Source: Cyanophyceae cyanobacterium (GTDB taxonomy: Bacteria; Cyanobacteriota; Cyanobacteriia; Cyanobacteriales; JBHJGN01). Taken from it: a DNA stretch of 64,000 nt. This document shows, piece by piece, positions 10,568 to 18,900 of the stretch. The stretch lies in NCBI GenBank assembly GCA_050331735.1, contig JBHJGN010000055.1, positions 10,748 to 74,747 on the forward strand, written 5' to 3'. Made by a program: the position numbers and the translations under genes. Position 1 is the first letter of the stretch; every line of letters starts with the position of its first letter. The notes below the pieces were generated by a model. The model searched no databases. It saw nothing but the letters and a program-made list of their open reading frames with translations, and had not been told where the DNA came from.

Positions 10568-10759
10568 ATGAGTGCTTTAGCTCAAGAAATTCTGAGGGAT
10601 TTCGACAAGTTGCCCAATACAGAGCAACTTAAGATAGCGATAGAGATTCTGCGACGAACAGCAAACTTTGACTTTCCTCCCTTGACAGATGAAGATCTAT
10701 CCTTGAACGCAGAAGAACTATTTCTAGTCTTAGACCAACAAGAAGCGGAGCATGAGTAG
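10568..10759 (+). CDS. Putative antitoxin of a MazF/PemK-type type II TA pair
   Basis: 63 aa with an acidic C-terminus; its end overlaps the start of the downstream toxin gene by 8 nt. Confidence 0.75.
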   Translation: MSALAQEILRDFDKLPNTEQLKIAIEILRRTANFDFPPLTDEDLSLNAEELFLVLDQQEAEHE

Positions 10760-11068
10760 TCCTGACCGCGGCGAGGTCTGGCTTGTAGATTTAGGGTATG
10801 TCGCAAAAGTGAGACCATGTCTTGTGGTTCGCATTCCTTGTCTGATGCAAGATCGAGCTTTAGCGACGCTCGACAAGTCCAAGAGGTTCCCGCTTTGAGG
10901 TAGATGTCAAAGCCAGATTTCTGAAGCCAGGAGTTTTTGATGTACAAAACCTTATTACCATTCCTCATGCCAAGCTACTAAGAAAACTAGGCAAATTAGA
11001 CTCAGAGCAGTTATCGCGGGTTGAACAGGCTCTACTCTTCTGGCTGGGGTTTGAGGATATGAATTCTA
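10752..11068 (+). pseudogene. MazF/PemK family toxin, frameshifted and interrupted at its 3' end by the IS
   Basis: First frame MSSPDRGEVWLVDLGYVAKVRPCLVV...DRALATL stops at 10896-10898. A shifted frame continues TSPRGSRFEVDVKARFLKPGVFDVQNLITIPHAKLLRKLGKLDSEQLSRVEQALLFWLGF. RGEVWLVDL and KVRPCLVV are PemK motifs. Confidence 0.85.
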
Positions 11069-11106
11069 TTGACACTCCCTCGCGGGACACGAGGGATTCT
11101 TCTCAG

Positions 11107-12378
11107 CTATAGCCAATCGGCTAAAGAAGGAAGCGTTTTACCCTGACTGCTGCCCACAGCCAGCTTTTTGATGAGCAGAGCGCTATTATAGTCTCTGTCG
11201 CAACTCAGCTCGCATTGAGGGCATGAGTGCCAACGGTCTGAGAGAGTCTTGCTAACGCGGTTTAGACACTGGCTGCAATACTGAGAAGTGCCTTTGGGAT
11301 TGACTTTGATGACTCTTGTTCCATATTTTTGTGCTACCTGGAAGAGGATTTGCACAAAGTTAGCCACCCCATGAGCGCTCCAAGACTTGTTCAGACCCGC
11401 CTTAGCTGAGTTACCGTTGGGCACAAAGGCTCCATCCACTTTTTTTGGTTTATTCTTGCGCTTGAGGTTGCGGATTTTCAAGTCTTCAATCGCTAACACC
11501 TGACAGCTTCTAGCCAGTTGGTGAGCCTCGCTGTAGTGCCAATGCTTTCTCTGTCTAGCTATTTTCTGGTGAAGTCTGGCGCTCGCTTGCCGTATGAGTC
11601 TTTTCGCCTTCTTGCTACGGCTGCTGTCTTCTAACTTTCTTTGCAGTTTAGCTAGTTTAGATTCGGCACTTCTTAGATGTTTTTGGGGATGAGCTTGAGA
11701 GTTGTTAGAGTCTACATACAGCTTAGAGAGTCCGAGGTCAATGCCAACCGTATTTAACTCAGTTGGCACAGTATCAAACTCTGGTTCGGGAACCGACTTG
11801 TCCTCAACTGAAAAGCTAACGTAATAGCCATCAGCTTTTCGAGTAATTGAAGCAGTTTTCAGTTTGAACCCGCAGGGGATATCTCTAGACTTAACAAACT
11901 CCAAAATCCCAAGCTTCGGCAGCTTAATCGTCTTTCCGACTAGATTCTTGCCTCCGACACTCGGAAAGGTAAAAGTGCGATAGCGGCTTTTTCCTTTAAA
12001 CCGAGGTCGTCCACTCCGAGAGCCGTTACCATCGCCTTTGATAAATCTCTCAAAAGCTAGCTTGACGCGCTTGACGCAATCTTGTAGCACCTGAGAATAG
12101 ATTTCCTTGTACCAAGGTCGCTCTTGCTTAAGTTTGGATAAGCTAGCCGATTGAGAGTGCCAATCAGGGTTATCTCTCAGCTCCCCACATCCTAGTTCGC
12201 ACCAGCGCAAGCAATAGTCTCCTTGCGGTATCACTAATGCCGAGCGGTTGTATTCCCACCAGCGAAACCTGTCTGCCAACCAATAGTTGTACTGCGCTCT
12301 AAGCATATCTAGCCAGCAATTAACTTGTTGCCGCTGAGTTGCTGTGAGCTTGAGTTTGTACTGGTAGGTGAGTCTCAT
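11107..12378 (-). CDS. tnpB: RNA-guided endonuclease TnpB
   Basis: N-terminal HTH (YQYKLKLT), RuvC I GIDLG, RuvC II IEDL, zinc finger CSQC...CPQC, RuvC III DRDYNSA; all catalytic acidic residues present. Confidence 0.95.
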   Translation of the reverse strand: MRLTYQYKLKLTATQRQQVNCWLDMLRAQYNYWLADRFRWWEYNRSALVIPQGDYCLRWCELGCGELRDNPDWHSQSASLSKLKQERPWYKEIYSQVLQDCVKRVKLAFERFIKGDGNGSRSGRPRFKGKSRYRTFTFPSVGGKNLVGKTIKLPKLGILEFVKSRDIPCGFKLKTASITRKADGYYVSFSVEDKSVPEPEFDTVPTELNTVGIDLGLSKLYVDSNNSQAHPQKHLRSAESKLAKLQRKLEDSSRSKKAKRLIRQASARLHQKIARQRKHWHYSEAHQLARSCQVLAIEDLKIRNLKRKNKPKKVDGAFVPNGNSAKAGLNKSWSAHGVANFVQILFQVAQKYGTRVIKVNPKGTSQYCSQCLNRVSKTLSDRWHSCPQCELSCDRDYNSALLIKKLAVGSSQGKTLPSLADWL

Positions 12379-12418
12379 GGTAGAATCTTACCACTTACCG
12401 TACTTTTGTATCAACCCT

Positions 12419-12853
12419 TTGAACACTAGATATCGCAGTAGTCGCAGGGCAGTTTTTAATCTAACCGTACATCTAGTTCTGGTAACAAAGTATCGACGGA
12501 GTATTATGACTTCTCAGATGAAACAAGAGCTAGAGACAGTGTTTAGCTCAGTTCTATCTTCTTGGGACAGTGAGTTAGTAGAGTTCAACTGCGAAGCAGA
12601 TCATACCCACGCCATTATTTCCTATCCTCCTCACAAATTGCTTAGTTCTCTGATTGCCAATTTAAAAGCCACATCATCAAAGACAATGTGGCGCAAGTTT
12701 GAACTAGAGTTAAAAAATGTTTATCACAAACGAGTATTTTGGACAGGAGCTTACTTTGTCGCTAGTTGTGGTGGAGTGACAATAGATGTACTTAAGCAAT
12801 ATGTTCAAAGTCAAGCTAGTCCCACTGGCGATTCATCCCGTCACCGGAGGTGA
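12419..12853 (+). CDS. tnpA: IS200/IS605 Y1 (HUH) transposase TnpA
   Basis: HLVLVTKYRR, HuH motif DHTH, FWTGAYF, catalytic Tyr in KQYVQSQ. Likely TTG start at 12419 (ORF open from 12368). Confidence 0.93.
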   Translation: MNTRYRSSRRAVFNLTVHLVLVTKYRRSIMTSQMKQELETVFSSVLSSWDSELVEFNCEADHTHAIISYPPHKLLSSLIANLKATSSKTMWRKFELELKNVYHKRVFWTGAYFVASCGGVTIDVLKQYVQSQASPTGDSSRHRR

Positions 12854-12975
12854 GGGTCTTCTCGCCGCAAAAGATAAGGAGTAAACTCCCTAGTGGTAAG
12901 TTCCGCCTAGTGCTCATCCTAAACTAGAAATACGCAGTAGATGATGACTGAGCCTGAATATAAAGAACGTTTTGT

Positions 12976-15900
12976 TCAGTAATTTAAGTTATCTAATTCA
13001 TCTAATAGTAACGCTTCGGCCTCATACTCTGAAAGCTGCTGAATCTCATTCGTTGCTGAATCAATCGGGAGCAGTTTTGGGTGAGGAAACAAACTTTGCT
13101 CTAGATAATCAGCAAGAGCAGTGACGGTGGGATAATCAAAGGTAATAGGAGTAGATAGAGAACAATTTAAACTCTTTTGCAGTTGGTTTCGCAGCTCTAC
13201 AGAACTTAAGGAATCTAGTCCCAGTTCTGTAAACCCTTGCTGAAGCTCGATCTCGTCCGCCTGGAGGTCGAGGATGTTGGCGACTTGGGAGCAGAGATGA
13301 GCCACTAACAGCTCGCGGCGACGCTGGGGCATGGCGGCAGCAAGCTGCGATCGCAGATTAGGTCCGTCAGGCGATCGCTTGGCAACGAGGTCAGCAAAAA
13401 ACGGCATAGCTGGTTGCCGCTGGGACCAGTCGATAGGAATCACTCCGACTTGAGGCGCATAAGCTAACAAGGACTTTAGCCTATCTAAAGCCTGCTGAGG
13501 CTCAATTGTACCGATCCCTGGTGCAGGCTTCCAGTGGGTAGCAAGTCCGGTTTGGCTCCAGGCTCCCCAATTGATACTGAGTCCCGGCAATCCTAATCTG
13601 TGACGGTAGTGAGCTAAGGCATCGAGAAAAGCATTAGCAGCAGCATAATTCGCTTGCCCCGCAGCACCGAGAAGAGACGCAGCCGAAGAATAGAGCATGA
13701 AGAAATCCAAGTGATGGTGTTGGGTAGCCACATGCAAATTCCAGGCTCCTCGCACTTTAGGAGCCATTACCCGCTCAAACCGTTCCCAACTCTGCTGTTG
13801 CAGTACCCCGTCATCCAATACTCCAGCGGCGTGAATAAGGCCCCGAAGGGGAGGAAGCGAAGCCGTCATTTTCATTAAGTCAGCCACCTCATCAGGATTA
13901 GAAACATCAGCCTGCACCACCTGAATCTGGACCTGGTGCTTAAGCTGCTCAACGGTAACTTGAGCATCAGGGGATGGCTGGCTGCGTCCGACTAAAATGA
14001 GATGCTTGGCTCCTTGCTCAGCTAGCCACTGTGCCGTATGCAGTCCGAGTGCGCCTAACCCGCCAGTAATCAGATAGCTGCCGTCTGCTCGAATCGTTAG
14101 CTGAGGAGCGCGTTCTGGCAGAGTCACCACAATTTTGCCGATGTGCTGCGCCTGCTGCATGGTGCGGAAGGCGGTGACGGTTTCTTCCTGGGGAAAGACT
14201 TGCTGGGGAAGCGGCGTAAGCTTGCCATCCTCGATCTGCTGCATCACCTGGTTCAGGATTCCTTGAATCAGCGTCGGCTGCTGTTGCGTCACTGCTACCA
14301 AATCGACCAGGAAATAAGCCACATCCGGTCTGACCTGAGCGACTTGGCGATCGCTCCATACGCCATTTTTGCCAATTTCGACAAACCGACCTCCCGACCT
14401 TAAAACCGCTAAACTCTTGTCAATAAAGTCTCCGGCGAGAGAATTAAGCACAATATCAACTCCTTCCCCGTCGGTCAGCGCTAAAATTTCATCTGCAAAA
14501 TCCAGAGTACGGGAGTTCATCACGTATTTAACTCCCAGAGAGCGCAGCACATCCCACTTACCCGGTGAAGCAGTGGCAAATACCTCTGCTCCTGCCTGCT
14601 GAGCCATCTGAACGGCGGCTTGTCCCACTCCTCCGGCGGCTGCATGAATTAGCACTCGCTCTCCCGATCTCATTTTTGCTAGGGTATGCAGAGTGTAGAA
14701 TGCCGTCGAAAAGGCAACCGGAATCGTAGCGGCGGTGGCAAAGCTGAGCTTTGTCGGAACGACTAAAGCGGCCTTCACCGTGACCAATTCCCTAAAACAG
14801 CCAGGGGCGATCGCCACTACCGCCTCGCCAATTTCAAAACCAGCGACTCCTTGCCCGAGAGCAACAATTTCCCCGGTACACTCTAGCCCTAAAGCTCCCG
14901 GATCGCCGGGATACAGATCCAGCGCGTTCAGCACGTCGCGAAAATTCAGCCCCACTGCCCGCGCCCGAACGGTTACTTCCCCAAATCCTGGTTGAGAACG
15001 AGCTGAGGGTTGCCACTGAAGGTTATCTAACGTGCCGCGAGGGTTACTTGTTAGTTGCAGGGGTTGGAGTGACGACGCTTGCTCCCGGGGATGAACCAGT
15101 CTGGCAACGTAGCGGTTGCCGTTGCGGAAGGCGACTCGTTCTCCTTCTCCGGCACAGATTTCCGCCCATAGCTGATCTATACTTCCCGATTGGGGATCTA
15201 AATCGACCTGAACGCAGTTGAACTCAGGATGTTCTCGGGCGATCGCTCCTGCCATGCCCCACAGACAAGACTGAGCCAGTGCCACCCCTCTGCCTGCTAC
15301 TGCCTGAGCGCCTTGGGTGACTAGCCACAGGCGCGGATTTAGCCCCGTTTGAACCAACGCCTGCACGAGATGAAGAGTGCTGCCGCAGGAGTGTTTGATG
15401 TAGGTTTCTAAGCTTGACTTTTGAGAAGGCAAGAGGTTCTCCCTATCCCTCAAAGCAGGAGATTCAAGCTCGCTTGCGTCAGCGTCTAAACTCCATAGGT
15501 GAATCACTCCCTGAATTGGACCTACTGTAGTAAGCAGTCGGTAAAAATCCTCTCGGTGATCGGGATTGACGCGATCCGGTGTCTCCCTGTATTCGCCCGG
15601 ATCAACTAGTACACATGGCTGTTTAAACTTTGCCGCTAATTGCTGCGCTACGCCGCCTCGATCGGCGAAAATTAACCACTTACCCTTGGGAAGCTCTGAC
15701 GACCATTGTAAGGGCTGTCGTCGCCACTCGATCTGGTATAAATCCTGGCTGCTGGAGCCGCTCAGCCGTTCTCGACTGGCTCGCTTAGCACTGAGTCCAT
15801 CGAGTTCGGCGATCGCTCCCGCTTCATCGAATAAACGCACATCCGCCGTCACCACCGCTTCAGCTCCTTGAGAACGCAAGCGCACGTAGCTCCACAGATG

Positions 15901-18900
15901 TTGCCCTGGACGACGATAGTAGCGCAGGCGTTCTACCGCCACGGGCAGATAGAGGGGTGATTCCGGCAGGAGCGCTAAAATGACCTGACAGCAGGCATCT
16001 AATAGAGCCGGATGAAGCTGATAGGCGGTGGCGGATACATTATCGGGTCGCTCGATCCAGCCGAGCGCTTCTGACCCTCGACCCCACAGTTTCTTGATGC
16101 CGCGAAAGCTCAATCCGTAGTCGATGCCGCGTTCTTGACAGTGTCGGTAGTGTGCTGCCACGTCGATTTCCTCCAGGTGCGATCGCACTGCTAAATCAAT
16201 CGTCTGCTGAGGCGGCGGCTGCTTCACCAGATTGCCAGAACAGTGTAAGCGCCAGTCTTCATCACCTAAGCTGTAGATTTCAAACGTCTGTACTGTGCCT
16301 GAGTGCAACACCAACTGAACCGTTTGCGGACGATCTGATAGCATCAGTGGCTGCTGGATCGCCACGTTCTCCAGCATGAGGCTCGGGTTTGCTTCTCCTG
16401 CTGCTAAGGCCATTTCCAGGTAAGCCGATCCGGGCAAAATCACCTGTTGGTAAACACGGTGATCCTGAAGATAGTGCGGTTGATGACTACTCAACTCAGC
16501 CGTAAACAGCGTCTTTTTAAAAGCTGTGGGTGTCCGCTGTCCGAGCAAAGGATGAGTGGCTGGCAATGCCTTTAATTCAGTGCGAGGTGGCGGCTCGATC
16601 CAGTAGCGCTGTCGCTGAAACGGATAAGTAGGCAGCGACACCCGCGAACAGGAATAACCTCGATTGAAGCTCATCCAGTCAATCGTTGCCCCCTGCACGT
16701 AGAGTTGAGCGAGGGTTGGTAGAATAGTTTGCCAAGGCGATCGCTGCGGATGTAGACTCGGTAGCCAATGACAGTCGGGTTGCTTTATTGTTAAGCGTCC
16801 TAACTGAATGAGCGTGGGTTGGGGTCCGCATTCGAGAAAGATGGTAGTGCCTAATTGCTGAAGCGTTTTAATGCCGTCGGCAAATCGGACCGTAGAGCGA
16901 ATCTGACGACACCAATATTGGGGAGTCGCTATTTCAGCACCAATGCGATCGCCGGTTACAGTAGAAACAATCTCTAGCCGTGGCGTGGCGTACTCAATTT
17001 GGCTCGCTACCTGCTCAAACTGAGCCAGCATTGGCTCGATTAGCGGTGAGTGAAAGGCACAAGGTCCGGGCAACACTTTCTTTGGTCCGTTTAGACAAGC
17101 GATCGCCTTCTCCACTGCCTGCTGAGGACCAGAAACAACGACCCTTTTAGGAGCATTGATAGCGGCGATTGCTATCTCAGGATAAGGGGCGATCGCCTCT
17201 CTGACTTGAGCTGCGCTTGCCGCTACCGCTACCATTATTCCCCGCTGCGGTAACGCCTGCATCAAACGACCTCTCGCCGCCACCAGTTTGAGGGCTGCTT
17301 CTAAACTAAATACGCCCCCCACACAGGCAGCGACGTACTCCCCTAGGCTATGTCCGAGGACAGCACTGGGTGTAACGCCCCAACTGATCCACAGTTGAGC
17401 CAAAGCATACTCTAGGGCAAATAGGGCCGGTTGGGCATAGACGGTTTGATTTAGAAGCTCGGCAGATGAATAGATCTCAAGGAGAGGTTTGTCTAAATCA
17501 GGTTCTAAAAAAGTGGCGCAGCGCTCAAGGGTAGTGCGAAATTGGGATTGAGTTTCAGAGAGTTCCTGCCCCATGTTGAGGGACTGAGAACCTTGACCTG
17601 TAAACAGAAACGCGATTTGAGGGCGTTGACGGTTAGCAATGCCTCTCCCCGATTGGGTTGGCTGCTGAGCGAGAACCTGAAGCTGTTGGCGTAACTCGAG
17701 CTTAGATGTCGCTACTACCGCCAGCCGATGCTCAAAGGTTGCTCGTCCAGTATTGACAGTAAAGCAAATATCTGCTGTTGAGGCTTCGGTCTGCTGCAAA
17801 AATTGCCCGTACCGCGTCACTAACTCCCGCAGCGCTGGCTCACTCCGAGCCGAAAGCGCCAAAAGATGACCAGGACGCTCAATAGCCTGTTCTCTTCTTC
17901 TCACAGGAGCTTCTTCTAAAATGACGTGAGCATTCGTCCCGCCAATGCCTAGGGAATTAACGCCAGCACGACGAGGGTAATCGGTCTGCCAATCCTGTCG
18001 GGCTGTGTTGACGTAAAAGGGACTGTTGGCAAAATCGATCTGGGGATTGGGAGTATTGAAGTGCAGACTGGGAGGCAACTGTTTGTGATGCAGCGCGAGG
18101 ACAGTTTTAATGAACCCCGCAATTCCTGAAGCAATTTGCAGATGACCCACATTCGTTTTCACCGAACCGAGAGCACAGTAGCGCTTCTGCACAGCCTGAG
18201 TACCAGAGCGAAACGCCTGGGTCAGTGCTGCCACTTCAATCGGGTCTCCTAGGATCGTGCCAGTGCCGTGAGCCTCGACATAGCTGATGGTTTGGGCCTC
18301 CACTCCGGCGACAGCCAGGGCTTGGGCAACAACATTGGCCTGTCCCTCCCCGTTAGGAGCCAGATAGCCTACTTTCGTGCCGCCATCGTTGTTAATAGCT
18401 GAGCCTTTAATCACTGCATAGATGCGATCGCCATCAGCAACCGCCTCTTCCAAGCGTTTCAGCACCACCATTCCCGCCCCACTGCCGAAAATGGTTCCCT
18501 GAGCGTTAGCATCAAAGGCGCGACAGTGACCGTCCGCCGAAAAAATAGTTCCCTCCTGATACAGATAGCCGACTTGAGGAACGTGGACGGATACTCCCCC
18601 CGCTAAGGCCATGTCGCATTCTCCGGTGAGCAAGCTTTGGCTGGCCAGATGCACCGCTACTAGGGAAGTAGAGCAAGCCGTTTGGACATTCACGCTCGGA
18701 CCCGTGAGGTTCAGCTTGTAGGAAACTCGCGTGGTCAGATAGTCCTTATCGTTGGCCACCGTCGCCTGAAACCCCCCTGTGGAGCTGAGGGTAAAGACTT
18801 GTAGATCGCTGTCCGCGTCGAGGTAATGGCGGTTCGGGTAAACGTTATTTAAAAAATAGGTGTTGGCAGCCGCGCCAGCGTAGCAGGCGATCGCACCGGG

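Larger units (their letters stand above)
11069..12873 (-). mobile_element. IS200/IS605 family element (divergent tnpA and tnpB)
   Basis: Right end ...GAGTGTCAA (minus strand) with subterminal hairpin CCCTCG-N7-CGAGGG at 11077-11095. Left-end hairpin at 12837-12856, next to TTAT (minus; ATAA at 12874-12877). No TSD. Removing the element restores the toxin reading frame and stop codon. Confidence 0.9.

Noticed and set aside
10582..10968. Minus-strand 128-aa ORF
   Set aside because: Antisense to the TA pair, which has recognisable motifs
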